The notes beneath the pieces are model-generated. The model had not been told where the DNA came from. It made no database searches and was given only the letters and a program-made list of their open reading frames with translations. Position numbers and translations under genes: made by a program. This document shows, in pieces, positions 1 through 13,544 of a stretch of DNA of 64,000 nt (positions are counted from its first letter, which is position 1; each line of letters starts with the position of its first letter). Location: contig OZ024747.1 of the NCBI GenBank assembly GCA_964016885.1, forward strand, positions 37,572,001 to 37,636,000, in the 5' to 3' direction. This DNA is from Eledone cirrhosa. Its lineage: Eukaryota.

Positions 1-2597
1 AGAGGTAAGTGCTCGTCTTCAGCTCTTTCAAACGTGTCCACCATACTATCTCTTTCGCCATGGCCACCAGTCAGATAAAAACTGCCTGCCCTTCCCGGAT
101 AAAGGAAGAGGGCGGGGCAATCCTCACGATGGACTCAGCTGATAGCTGGATCCGTCCTACACGTGACAGCAGGTGTTCGACATAAACCCACAAGTCAGCA
201 ATGCTCGGACATTGGACGAGTGCGTGCAGGGCGGTTTCGTCGCCCTGCGCTCATCTCGGACATGCCCGGCTGACGGCACCTCCATGGCTGTAGAGTTTAT
301 CCCGAACTGGCAAAGATCCTCGGTAGCACCAGGGATTTCTGGAAGTTGTCCATAGGCCCTGGCCCGAAAGTTCTTCCGAACAGATTGGCTAGTTGATTTT
401 CGTCGACGCCTAGAGATTCTCCAAGTAAGTCGTCGCTCTTCCCCTCCACTAATCCTCTATAGAACGCCAAGGTGGAGTTTCCACCGATCACATTGCCCGA
501 TTGGTCGAGGACTGTGAGCGCCTGAAGACATTCCAGTCTCTAAGCACTCCCTCTCGGTCTTCGCTTGACCCAGGTTGCAGCTCCGTCAAGGAGACGAGCT
601 GGGGAAAGACGCGTCTAGCAAACGGCGACCACACCAGATCACCGACGAGGAAGAGGTGGAGATGTCGTAGCCTGAGCGCGTGTTTGCGCATCATCAGCCA
701 CGGCATGCCCAGCCCTCCACTTAGCGGGTGTTGACAGCAGATGGACCGCCTGACCATCGGAGCGCGTCCCTTCAAACAAAAAGCGAAAGAACAAACGCTC
801 CAGCGCAATCGGGCGGGGTTAGGACAAGGTACGACGATCAGGCGGTAGTAGATGACGGACGCGATGTACGCGTTGGCCACCTCCGCTCGACCTTTCAGGG
901 ATAGCTTCCTCTCCGCCCATTTCTGGGTGAGAGAAGCAACCCTGCTCGTCACCTCATCCCAGTTTTTGTCCGTCTGGAGGTCCGGACCGAACCAGACCCC
1001 TAGCAATTTAACCGGTCCGTCCGTCCAGCGACCGACGATGCTGTTGGACGGCATGGACCTGCCTCTCCAGGTGCCGAGCTGCAGGCCTACTGACTTTTCC
1101 TGGTTGATCATTGCTCCTGTCACCGCTTCGTATTCTCTTAGTGTAGTGCCGATTGCCTCGATGTGTTTGGCGTTCGACACCACTACGGTGACATCGTCCG
1201 CATATGCTACCACAGATCTTCCGCATCCTAGTTCGCGCGGGATCCCTCTCAACGTCTCCAGTTTGTGCAGCAATGGCTTGAGTGTCAATACGTACAAGAG
1301 GGACGAGAGGGGACATCTTTGGCGGACCGAGCGCATGATGTTGAACTCTGTGTTTAGCAGAGTTATGGGCCTGAAATTATCTATGTTATCCCCCTTGTTC
1401 GGATCCTTTCTCAGCAGCGCCACAGCTCCTCGGCTCACAGAGCTGGGAATTCTCCCGTTCTGTTGCCAGTTGCAGTAGACGTCCGCCAAGAGGCCTCCGA
1501 ACAAGTCTGGCATCTGTACGTAAAGTTCATAGGGCAGACCATCCAAACCAGGCGATTTACCCCTTGTGCAGCCAGTCATTGCCTCCAGTACTTCAGCGGC
1601 TGTTATCAGCTTTTCGCAACACTCCGCCTCAGTGGCAGAGAGCCGCGGCTGTCCGTCGAAGTAGATACTAAAGTTCATCCCTCGATCCGGCCCGCCGCTG
1701 CCCCCGAACAGCTGTGCCAATTACGCCGCAAGTACGTCGGTCGCGATGCCTTTGCTAAGCGCCTCGTCTAATTTTCCAACTAATTCTCCCTCTGCTCTAT
1801 TTTTCTCTATTGCTAAAGCCTTACTAAACCTAATGGACTCTATTCTAATCGCTCTTTTCAGAGCAAACCACCACTTGTTGTTGACGATGGCCCCGTCAAC
1901 GCCCGCTTAACTAGTTAGCTAATTCGGTCTCTGTAGGCCTTGCGCTTGTAAGGACGCGTTTAGCTTCCAGTAGCCGGGTCCTCGTCTATGAAGCCTATCT
2001 AAGTCAAGCACACAGATCGCGATTTGTCCAAGTCCACATTGGCACATTCGGGAAATCCAATCGGTACCTGTCAGACAGTTCAAAACGCCTGAGCAGGTTG
2101 GTGAGGCTCTTGCACTCTCCTCCCCTATCCGCTAATCCCACACAGTCCCAGCGTGCATCTAAGATCCCGTTCCAGTCGCCCACTAACACTAAAGAGCGGG
2201 ACGTTCCAAGAAAGGTCTCCAGACGCCGGAAGAAATCAGTCCGCCCTGCTCCTGTCGGGGCATAGAGGGCCACTAGCCTGAAAGGTTGCCCGTCTCCGCT
2301 GGTCACGTCCAGCACCACCAACTTACCTTCTGGATTCAGGAAGATGGCCCGTATGGTGAGATCCAAACCTCTCTGAAAAAGCACAGCAACTCCTCCCCCC
2401 GTTCCAAGACGGCTGGGAGATGCGTACACATCGTAGCCGCCGAAGATCGGTGCGAAGGCCCGTGCTTCGGAGATTCTGGTCTCGCTGATGGCCACTACAA
2501 CTATGTTTAGTGACCTGAGGTCGTTGAGCAGGTGGCCCTGCTTCCATAACCACCAGAAGCCACGTGCATTTATGCTGCCTGTTCTGAGTGAGGTCAT
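1..2597 (-). pseudogene. Copy A ORF2 (APE-RT), disrupted by frameshifts and internal deletions
   Basis: MTSLRTGSINARG, GDWNGILD, KSPGLDGLP, NFRPITLLN, AYADD; blocks missing relative to 33683-37102. Confidence 0.92.
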
Positions 2598-2631
2598 GTT
2601 GAAATGGAGTGGAAAAGATGGGAAAGACCAC

Positions 2632-4326
2632 TTACCTTACTTCTAGTAGAGGAAGGATTGTTTCTCCATCATTTTCACAGCTTGTGGCGTTCTCCGGAAG
2701 GATGTCTTTATAAATCCTCCTGGAGAGTGCTTGTCGGAAGTCTCCGATGTCTTTGGGGAATTTTTGTTTTAGTATCGTGTACGTTTTCTGTGTGATGCGA
2801 GTGATTTGTATGTGTGGAGGTGGTGTGAACTTTTGGGTTGTTGTGTAGTCTTTTTCTGTGATGCTGGTGCTGTGTTGGATGTAGTGTAATAATTGGTTGT
2901 TGTTCAAATTTAATGCTGTGTAGTGTGTATCGTTTTGGTTATTTTGTTTTGTTTGCGTTTGTTGTGGGTTTGTTTCTGTTTCGCTTTTTGGTGACTTTTG
3001 TGGTGTTGGTGATGGTGGTGTTGGGGTTAATGAGGGTGATGGTGTTGGTGTTTGTGGTGATGGGGTTGGTGATGCTGGTGTGGATCGTGGCATATCTGTC
3101 CTAACTTTTTGTTTGTTAGTTTATTTGTTTCCCTCTGTATTTTGTTTTTGGAGGGGGAAGGAAGAGAATTTTTTCTTTTTTGGTTTCTTTTTCTTTTTTT
3201 CTTTTTTCCTGATACCGTTTCCCACTCCTCGTCGTCACAATCTGTCTCCAGTTGCGATAGGTCGGGGAGGGGAAAATCCTCCACAGGCGTTGGTTTTGGT
3301 TGTGGCGTGGTGGATGGTGTAGGCGCTGGTGCTAGTTCTGTCGCATTGTGTGGTCGTGGTGTTGGTTTTGCTACTGTTGCTGGGGTTGTTGCTGTTACAG
3401 TTGCTTCTGTTGTTGCTGCTACAGTTGTTGCTGCCATTTTTGCTGCTGGTGGTGTTGATGGTTGAGTCTCTGGGGTGGGTAAGAGAGGTGGCTTCAACCT
3501 TTTAGCCTGAGGGCAGAAAGCCCTTAGGTGGGTTCCTTCACCACAAACGACACACCTAGGCCTTCTGCCCTCGACGATTACGGTGAGGTGGCTGCCGTCA
3601 GTGAGGTCTATTACCTCTGGAATCTCCTCAATGCTTTTTTGGTCCACTTGGATCAGGAGCTCAATCCCAGATCCGGACCAGTTCTGCTTTTCTTTCGATA
3701 TTTCGATTATCTTGGTCTTGGCCTCGATGCCGGCGAGGACGGCAGCCATTAGCCAGGGAATTTCGATGGCCGGTGGAACGTAGGTCACCCTGATCTTCAC
3801 GAGTCTCTGGCCACAATAGCTTGGGACGAGTGTGAAGTCGTCACTTCTTAATGGGGCCATGGAGTGCTCTCTGGCCTCCTGTGGTGTTTCAAAGAACACG
3901 TCCACGGTTCCATATTTCTGCCCACGTCTGATGTGGGTTTTTTTTGCCTACACATGTCCCAAAGTTTTTTGGATTTGGGACTCGGATGCCCGTTCCACTC
4001 GGCGCTATTTTGTTAATCGTCTGATAAGACACGGTTCATAAGCGCCGATGCTCCATTTTATTAGGTGTGTGTGTGGGGGGAGGGGGGAGGCTGACCCTGT
4101 ACTCATCTTTCTTTACCATTCTTTTGGCTTCTTCTAATTCCTCCTGAGTTACCTGGAATGCTTCGCACTTTTTTGCTACTCTGGCAAAAGACAGGGTGGT
4201 TTTCTTAATTTCATTGTTGCTGTTGTTGTTATCGTTATTTTTGTTATTGTTAATTTTAGTTTCAGTTGTGGTGGTGGTGGCGTCAGGTGTGTTCGGTGTG
4301 GAAGACTTCATTTTGGGTGGATTCAT
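2632..4326 (-). pseudogene. Copy A ORF1 (zinc-knuckle protein), frameshifted; 5' limit approximate
   Basis: ORFs 4036-4326, 3027-3905, 2632-3093 are collinear with copy D ORF1 (LVPSYCGQ, VEGRRPRC..C....H....C). Confidence 0.85.
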
Positions 4327-4752
4327 TTCGATATCACGAGATAATTTATTTTTTTCTTTTGTTCTGTTGTCGCTGTGGTGGGGGTGGGGGTGGCGGCTTC
4401 AACACCTGCAGTCATTGGTAATGGCGGAAAAGGAATGTCTGCATGAGACAAATTTTAAATATTGCTACTGCTTATATTTTTAGTGTTGGCAAACGTAGTA
4501 ATATTTACAATGGTGGTGTCGGTGTGAGGTGTTAGTTTGTGAGGAAGGTGTGACTCTGAGTCATCCGTGATTTTTTCAAATAAAATTTTAGTTTGATAAT
4601 TATAAAAGTTTAAATTTTGGGCTCAAGGCCCCAATCCTTTTGAGTGTCCTTTTAAGAAAACAATGTATGTGCCATAAATGGCAATTTTAAACAACTGAAA
4701 ACAACAAACCTTTGCGATGCTCACGATAATATGATTTCCTACGTAGGTCGCC

Positions 4753-4820
<68 letters not shown>

Positions 4821-4830
4821 TAATAATAAT
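4753..4830 (-). repeat. (ATT)n tract, about 26 units, between the 3' end of copy B and the 5' end of copy A
   Basis: Direct read (aat)n on + strand; copy B AATAAA lies at 4837-4842 on the minus strand. Confidence 0.97.
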
Positions 4831-5130
4831 ACTATCTTTATTGGCCACAAGGGCTGACATCAAGAAAAAACATTACAGACGGCACAGGACGGTACAGGAC
4901 GGTACGATGTGGGTTTGTGCGTGTAAATATTTTTATTATTTATATAAGAAAAGAAAAAAAAGACATAGAAACATATATATATAAACAATAAAAATGAAAA
5001 TTGAAACAATGAAAAATTCCCCAATAGGGGGAAACCTCTGAGGGTTACTCCTGGCGAAATCCACACAAAAGACCACGGCCACCCTGACCACCAGGGCAAG
5101 CGCCCTCTCTCAATTTTTCCATTTCCCAAA

Positions 5131-7985
5131 CTACAGACGTATATTCAGAGCGGCCCCGTTCACTCGGACCATTCTCGCTACATTCACCCACCTTTGAACA
5201 AACTTGCTAGATAGCAGCACTTGCCTCTCCACCCTGATTTTCCTCTTCAAGTGAAACTTGAAACAGTTAATTAGGGATTCGCCGAAGAGGAAAGTGTCTG
5301 TCTTTAACCATTTCAACCTTGTCCACCACACAATCTCTTTCACCATGGCCACCAGGCAGATGAAAACCGCCTGCGCTTCCTCCTCGAAGGAAGACGGCGA
5401 GATCATCTGCACAATGGACTCAGTCGACAATCGGTAGCACTGCCAGGCAAGGGAATTTTGGAAGTTATCCATGGGCCCTGGGCTGAAAGTTCTCCGGAAG
5501 TGAGCAAACAGCTGATCTTCTTCGACGCCCAGGATCTCTCCGAGAACGTCGTCGCTCTTCCCCTCCACTAGTCCTCTATAGAACGCCGAGGTGGATTGTC
5601 CACCGATAGTGGTACCCAGCTGGCAGAAGGCAGTGAGCGCCTGGAGACATTCCAGTTTCCAAGCACTATCCCTCGGTCTTTTTCTGACCCAGGACTGCAG
5701 CGCCGTCAAGGAGACGAACTGTGGGAAAACGTGCCTCGCGAACGGCGACCACACCTGTTCATCATCGAGGAAGCACCAGAGATGTCGCAGCCTCAGCGCA
5801 TGTTTTCGCATCATCAGCCATGGCATGCTGAGTCCTCCACGCAACGTGTGTTGACAGCAGAAGGATCGTCTGAACATGGGAGCGCGTCCCTTCCACAAAA
5901 AGCGGAAGAGGAGGCGCTCCATTTTGGTGAGAGTTGGGCTGGAGCAAGGGACGACGGTGAGGCGGTAGCAGATGACGGATGCGATGTACGCATTCGCCAC
6001 CTCCGCCCGGCCTTTCAGGGACAGCTTCCTCTCGGCCCATTTCTGGGTGAGGAAGGCCAGCATGATGCTGAACGGCTGCGACAGGTGACCGTTCACCAAC
6101 ACAACAGAGCAGATGTCGCTGTACATCGCAGCGATCCAACCCCTGAAAACGGGCCCGAAATCGGCTGCCTCGAGGACCGCCGCCAGGTACCGATGGTTGA
6201 CCCTATCGAATGCCTTGGATTGATCCAAGTTGATCAGGGCCTCACTCGTTCCAGGTTCCTTAACCACCCTCTCTATGATGTATCGCATGAGGTGGAGGTT
6301 GTCGTGTATGGATCTGTCCGGAATGGCGCATGTCTGCACCTCTCCCACCAGACCCTTGACGACAAGCGCCAACCTCGTTGCTAACACCTTGGCCAAAATT
6401 TTGAACTCTGCAATTATCGATAATTTTGAACTCTGAAATTATCGATAACATCCCCCTTGTTCGGCTCTTTTCTCAGCAGCGCCACCGCTCCTCGGCTCAC
6501 AAAACTGGGAATGCTCCCGTTCTGCTGCCAGTTGCAGTAGACGTCTGCCAAGAGGTCACCGAACAAGTCTGGCATAAATGCATAAAGCTCGTAGGGCAGA
6601 CCATCCAAACCTGGCGATTTACCCTTCGTACAGTTAGCCATTGCTTCCCGTATTTCACCGGCTGTTATTTGCTTTTTGAAAAACTGTGCTGCGGTCGACG
6701 AGAGCCGAGGCAGTCCGTCGAGGTATGCACTGAAGTCCATACACCGATCCGGGCCGCCGCTGCTCCCGAACAGTTCAGCAAAGTGCTGCTGGAAAGCTTC
6801 ACACATTTGCTCGGGTTCGAGCAACACGCACCCGTTTTGGTCAGACAAAGACCGAATTGTGGCTTTGTTGCCACGTCGCGCCTCTGCCACCCCGGCCCAT
6901 TGGACGGCTTTTGTCCCCTCGTGTTTCAGAACACGCGCTCTAGCTCTGACAATGCAGCCTTCGTGTTTTGCGTTGAAGAATTGGTCGAGTGCCAATCTCG
7001 CTGCAAGCACGTCGGTTGCGATGCCTGTCCTAAACGCCTCTTCTAGCTTTCTGACTAACTCCCCCTCAACTCTATTTTCCTCTATCACTAGTCCTTTGCT
7101 AAACCTAATCGACTCTACTTTAATTGCCCTTTTCAGGGCGAACCACCACCTGTTGTTGACGACCGCTCCCGTCAACGCCCGCTTAACTAATACGCTAATC
7201 CGGTCTCTGTAGGCATTGCGCGCCGGGAAAGACGCGTTCAGCTTCCATTAACCGGGCCCTTGTCTATGAAGTCTGTCTATGTCGATCTCACAGATCACAA
7301 ATTTGTGGTCTGTGTAGTCGACTATTTTCAATTGTGGACAACTTATACTAGCCTTCTCTAGTTCTCTGCAGAATACCCTATCGAGATACGATCTGGATGA
7401 CGCGATGTGGTTTGTCCATGTCCACATTGGCACATTCGGGTGATCCAGTCGATACCTGTCAGACAGTTCAAAACGTCTGAGCAGGTTGGTGAGGCTCTTG
7501 CACCCTCCTTCCCTATCCACTAGTCCCACACGATCCCAGCGTGCATCCAAGATACCGTTCCAGTTGCCCACTAACACTAAAGAGCGGGACGTTCCAAGAA
7601 AGGTCTCTAGACGCCTGAAGAAATCTAGCCGTCCTGCCCCTGTTGGGGCGTAGACGGTTACTAGCCTGAAAGCATTGCCTTCGCTGCCGGTCACGTCCAG
7701 CACCACAGACTTACCTTCTGGGTCTAGGAAGATGGCCCGTATGGCGAGATCCAAGCCTCTCCGAAAAAGGACGGCAACCCCTCCCGCCGATCCTGGACGG
7801 CTGGGAGATGCGTATACATCGTAGCCGCCGAAGATCGGTGCGAAGGCTTGTGCTACGGAGATTCTGGTCTCACTGATGGCCACCACATCTATGTTTAGTG
7901 ACCTGAGGTCGTTGAGCAGGTGACCCTGCTTCCAAGATGACCCCAGGCCACGTGCATTTATACTGCCTATTCTGATTACGGCCAT
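5131..7985 (-). pseudogene. Copy B ORF2; YADD region and C-terminal Zn motif deleted
   Basis: MAVIRIGSINARG, TDHKFV, LDQSKAFDRV; jumps from PFSIM directly to LTQKWAERK. Confidence 0.9.
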
Positions 7986-8021
7986 GTTGTATGAGAAACG
8001 GGGAAAGTGAGAAAGGGTCAC

Positions 8022-10121
8022 TTACCTTGATCGTGTGGTGAAGGGACAGTAGTACCGTCCCTTTCGCTGGTCATGGGTGTTTACAAGAGGATGTCAGTGT
8101 ATATCCTCTTGGTAACCGATTCCCGAACTCTCCAACTGCGTTGGGGAATTTTTGTTTTAAAGGTTTGTACTGTTCTATTGAGATTTCAATTGTCGGGAGA
8201 GTTCTTGGTTTTGGTGGGGTGTAGTAGTTTTTTTCTGTGATGTATGTGTGCTGCATTATATATTGTATGAGTTCTTTTTTTGCCATGTTTATGGCTGTGT
8301 ACTTTTTTGGGGGAGGGGTGATTTTGTTGCTGTTTTCTTCTTGTTGCTGTTTAGTGTGTTTGTTTTGTTTTGTTTGAGTTGTTGGTGTTTTAGGTGAGTA
8401 TGGTGGTGGTGTGGTTGTTGTTGTCAGTGGTGCTTGTGCTGGTGATGGTGATGGTGGTGGTGTTGCTGCAAGTTTCCTTGCTGCCTTTTCCCCTCTTTGT
8501 GTGCCTTCGTTTTGGAGGGTGAATCTAAGGGTTTTTTGCTTTTTTGTTTTTCTTGTGTCAGACCGTTTGCCACTTCACTCCCGCCTCAAACTCCATGTCG
8601 GATTCCGTGGCGTCTGGGAGGGGTATATGCTCCACGGCTGTTGGTGGTAGTAGTGGAGCCCTCTTCGGCAATTTTGTTGCTGGTGTAGCTACTTCAAATG
8701 TAGCTATTGGTGTTGCCGCCACTGATGCTGCTGCTTTAGTTGTTCGTGGCCTTGGTACGGGTGCCACGGACGTTGCCCTCCTACTGACCGTGGAAGGGGC
8801 TTCTGCGTTTGTTTCCTGCCCTGCTCTTGGTAGCAGCAGACCAGGTATTGGAAAGAGAGGGGCCTTCTTCTTCGCTGTCTTCTGCGTGAAAAAAGCCCTG
8901 ATGTGACCCTTCGACCCACAGAGATAACATTTTGGCCGCCTTCCTTCTACACTTATAGGGAGTTGGAGTCCTTCCTCGATGTCTATGATATCGGGGATAG
9001 CGTCGATACATTCCTGGTCAGTTTGTATAAGCATTTGCATGCCTATACCTAACCAGTTCTCTTTCCCTATTTTCTCTACTTGCAGCATGGTCGTCCTGTC
9101 CTCGATTCCAATAAGGACAGACTCGGCCAGCCAAGGTATGGGCACGCCAGGTGGGATCTGGGTCACGTTGACCCTCACAATTTTCTGCCCGCAGTAGGAG
9201 GGCACCAAGACTATCTCCTCACTCTTTAGGGTTTCCAAAGAGTGAGACTTTTCCTCCTGGGGGGTGGCGAAAGTACGTCTACTGTGGCGTACTTTCTGCC
9301 TCGGGTGATGTGGGTTTTGCGTGCCCAGACGCACTCCTTTTGGATTTGAGCCTCCGTGGCTCTCTCCACCCGATGTGAGATTTTGCTTACGGTGCGGTAA
9401 GTCACCGTCCGTAGCTGCTGGTCCTTGAAAAAATCGGGTGGAGGTTTCAGGGAGACTCTATTGGCGCTTCTTGTCACCATGGCCCTTGCGACTTCCATCT
9501 CCTCCTCTGTGATTAACACTGTCTCGATATATCGGGCGACACCTGCAAAATAAGTGGTCACTTTTTCACAGCACCACTATTGCTGCCGCTACTGGTCCTA
9601 CTTTTGGTGCTGAGATCGCTGTTGCAGGTATCGATGTCATTGTTAATGTTTTCGTTGGTACAGTTGTTGGTGTTGTTGTTGTTGTTGTTTTCGTTGAATT
9701 TGTTGCTGTTGTTACTGTTATTGTGGCTGTTGTTATTATTGTTGTTTTTGTTGATACTGTTCCTACTATTATTGTTGTTGTGGCTGTTGTTATTGTCATT
9801 GTTATTGTCGTTCTCGACATTACCGATGTTATTTTTGTTATTGTCGTTCTCGACTTTACCGCTGTTATTCTTTGGTGTTACTGTTGTTATTGATGGTGTT
9901 GTTGTTGGTGTTGTTGTTGGTGTTGTTGTTGGTGTTATTGTTGGTGTTGTTTGTGTTAGAAATATTTGTTAATTTTAAATCTGTAACAATCTTCTTTTCC
10001 TTTGTAATATTTTCGTTTATATTTACCTCTGCTGGAACGCTGTCTTGTTGACATGCTGATAAAGTCTCCCTCTCTCTGTGTTGTCTGACAGCGCGCTCTC
10101 TCTCTTTCTTGTGTTATCCAT
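8022..10121 (-). pseudogene. Copy B ORF1, frameshifted, with a microsatellite-like N-terminal region
   Basis: TVTYRTVSK, KTHITRGRKYATVDVL, LVPSYCGQKIVRV, CYLCGSKGHIRAF match copy D ORF1; candidate ATG at 10121. Confidence 0.82.
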
Positions 10122-10264
10122 GGTAAAGAGGTGCCGTATTATTTACGAGTGAAACCCTGTATTAGGTGGGTGACTTCTAAACTTTTATCAAATTTAAAAC
10201 TTGAATAAAAGGTTTAGAACGGTTGAAAACGAGGTAAAACGTTGAAAAACTGAAGAGTAACTCC

Positions 10265-13200
10265 ATGGAAAAAGTCTATAGGAAACGGATGCATAACATC
10301 TGGAACGAGATTGGTCTATTTAAATTAGATGAACAAAAATTGGCCGAACAGGCTCGGGTAATAAGAATTAATGGATGGATAAGCGAGTTGGAACTGGAGG
10401 AACTGAGCAGAGAGATTAAGTTGGAAATGGAGAGTGGAGTATGTCAGGCAAACGAGCCAGTGGGAAATGAAGGTGAAGAGGTTGATAGACCTGAGGAATC
10501 ATCTGAAGCAGACAATGATCTGAATGCTGAAATAAATAATATCTGGAACAAAGATACGGCCATTGGGGAAATGAATGCTGACGGGCTAGGGCAAGATTTG
10601 GTTGATATCCTGAACTTAGTGGTAGATGAAATGAACAATAATAGTGGAAAACCTATGAACCTAAGATTTGTAGACAGAAAAAAAGTTAAAAGAAACAACA
10701 GCTAAGGTAAACAAAGTCATCCCATACCTTGAGGCGAGGAACCTTCACCAATGCAACAATATCCTCAAAACAACCGCAAATGCGGTGAGGAAATTACTTG
10801 GCATAAAAACGAGAGGAAACAACAAACAAGAAAGATCAGAACCTTGGTGGAAGAAACGACTGAATGGTCAAATCAAGGAAATGAAAAAAGACATAGGAAA
10901 GCTTGAGTCCCTACTGAATGGGACATTACAAAACATAGACACTAAAGATAGATTTGAAATAAAATACAAAACTAGGAGGAAAAAGCTAAATATTATCATA
11001 GAGGAACTGAAGCAACGCATTGTATCAAAAAGTGCAAAGATTAGGCGGTATGAGAACAGAGTTAGTCAGTATAGACAGAACCGCATGTTTGACAACAACC
11101 AGAAGATGTTGTTTGGACAGCTTGAAGGGAAAGAAAGAGGCAACGACGTAATCCCTGATGCGGAACAGACTAAAACATTCTGGAGAGGAATATGGGAGAA
11201 GGATGTTAAACATAATGACCAGGCAGTGTGGATTGAGGCAGTACAGAAGAAGATTAGTGAACAAGCACACCAACAACCTGATTTGAGTATCACAGTTGAA
11301 ACTCTTAAAGGGCAGGCCAAAAAACTAACCAACTGGAAATCACCAGGCCCAGATGGTGTGCAAGGGTATTGGATTAAAATTATAACATCCCTCAACCCGA
11401 AACTGACAACCATGTTCAATGACTGCTTGATGACGCGTGAAGTACCAGAGTGGTCGACAAAAGGTACCACAGCTCTGGTAATGAAAGACAGAATCAAGGG
11501 TAATGATGTTACTAACTATAGACCTATCACATGTCTGTCCGTAATGTGGAAAGTGTTAACAAGCAGTGTCTGAGGAAATTTACCTTCACCTCCACATAAA
11601 AAACTTGTTACCGGACGAACAGAAAGGATGCCGAAAGAAGTCCCGTGGTACAAAAGACCAGTTATTTATTGATAAGATGGTAATGAGGAATTGCAAGAGG
11701 AGGCACACTGGTCTTGCCATGGGATGGATAAACTACAAAAAGGCATTTGACATGGTGCCTCATTCTTGGATCACCAAAAGCCTAGAGATCTTGAGGGTGG
11801 CACATAACATCAGAGAGTTGTTGAGCAAAAGTATGAAGTCCTGGAAAACAGAGTTAACATCGGGTGGAGAATCCTTGGGAGGCATGAAGATCAAGAGAGG
11901 TATCTTCCAGGGAGATAGTTTGTCCTCTCCGCTGTTTGTCCTCTCTGCTGTTTGTCCTTGCCCTGCCCTGATACCCCTGACAGTTATATTGCGAAAAGTG
12001 AGAGCAGGATACAAGTTGGGAAAAGGAGAGCTTACCATCAACCACCTCCTCTTCATGGACGATCTTAAACTCTTTGGGAAGAGTGAGCAGGAGTTGGGTG
12101 TACTTGTTGACACTGTCCGTATTTTCAGCAATGATATATGTATGGAATTTGGTATTAATAAGTGTGGAGTCCTAGTGACGAAGAGGGGTAAATTGAGCAG
12201 AAGCAACGGAATCCAGGTGCCAACAGGTGTTCTAGAGGCAGATGACATCAAGAACAAAAAAATGAAGGAATTGATAAGATCTGAGTACATAAGGAGAGTA
12301 AGGAGCGTATTAAAATCACATCTAAATAGTAGGAATGCCATAAGTGCAATCAATTCCCGAGCTGTGTCTATTATTAAGTACAGTGCGGGAATTCTGAAAT
12401 GAAATGTTACTGAACAAAAAGAAATGGATAGGAAGACTAGGAAGCTAATGACTATCTACAACATGTTCCACAAAAGAAGTGATGTCGATAGACTCTACTT
12501 AAAGAGATCTGAAGGTGGAAGTGGTCTTATCAGCATAGAGGACTGTGTTCAGATGGAGAAAAACAACCTGCAAAAATATGTGACTGACAGTAGGGAGCCA
12601 ATGCTCAGAATTGTACTGAAGGAGAAGACAATAGACCAGGGAATATCCAAGTAGGAAATAACAACAAGGAGGAAGAGCAATCTTCATGAAAAATCCCTTC
12701 ATAGAACCTTCTTTAAGAAAACGGATTTAGAGATCTACAGACATGGAACTGGTTAAAAAGAGGAGACCTTAAAAAGGCTACAGAAGGAATGCTAATGGCT
12801 GCGCAAGAGCAAGCCCTCAGAACGAAGTGGGTGAAACACCATATTGACAAGGAGGAGGCTAGCTCACTGTGTAGGATCTGTGGAGAGAGAGAGGAGACGG
12901 TGGCTCACATTGTACCCGAGTGTAAACACCTAACCCAGACCCACTATAAAGGCTGGAGACATGATGTGATAGGCAGGGTGATCCACTGGCTTCTATGCAA
13001 AGTAAACAATTTACCACATTTTGAGCATAAGCCACATTATGGGCGTAAGCCAGAGTCGATGATAGAAAACGATCAGGTGAAGGTGCTGTGGGATTTTAGG
13101 ATACAGACGGACAAGAAATTAGAACACAATAGGCCTGACCTGGTGGATTTGGACAAGGAAAAAAGATCGTGCCTGATTGTAGATGTAGCCTGCCCATTTG

Positions 13201-13542
13201 ACACGAGATGAAAGAAAAGGAGAGGGAGAAAATTAACCGATACCAGGATTTAAAGTGGGAGTTTAAAAGGATTTGGAACTGCCATGAAATCAAGGTCGTC
13301 CCGATTGTCATAGGCGCACTAGATACTATCTCAAAGAGTTTCCAAGGATGGTTAAAGAAGATTAGCGCAGACCCGCTTTTTGGAACACTCCAAAACGCAT
13401 GCTTGCTGGGAACAGCAAGAACCCTACGATACGTCCCGAATATCTGAGGCTGCAAGTAGCGGCTTGATATTCATTTCAACAAACTTTCCAGTTAAATAAC
13501 ATCAATGACTGAGACTCAAAGAACAATAATAATAAAAAAAAA
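10265..13542 (+). mobile_element. R4/Dong-clade non-LTR retrotransposon (RT, CCHC, restriction-like endonuclease), degenerate
   Basis: [80 protein letters not shown]; ends in aataataat plus A-run. Confidence 0.9.
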
Positions 13543-13544
13543 CT

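Larger units (their letters stand above)
1..4752 (-). mobile_element. L1/Tx1-type non-LTR retrotransposon, copy A (degenerate, 3' end runs off the window)
   Basis: APE fragment (2004-2597), RT fragment with AYADD (488-1720), ORF1 with CCHC knuckle CVVCGEGTHLRAFC; ORF2 DNA close to copy D; 5' end abuts the (AAT)n tract at 4753. Confidence 0.93.
4831..10260 (-). mobile_element. L1/Tx1-type LINE, copy B (related subfamily, degenerate)
   Basis: ORF2 fragments 7248-7985, 6414-7175, 5131-6396; ORF1 fragments 8071-10121; 3' UTR homologous to copies C and D. Confidence 0.92.
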
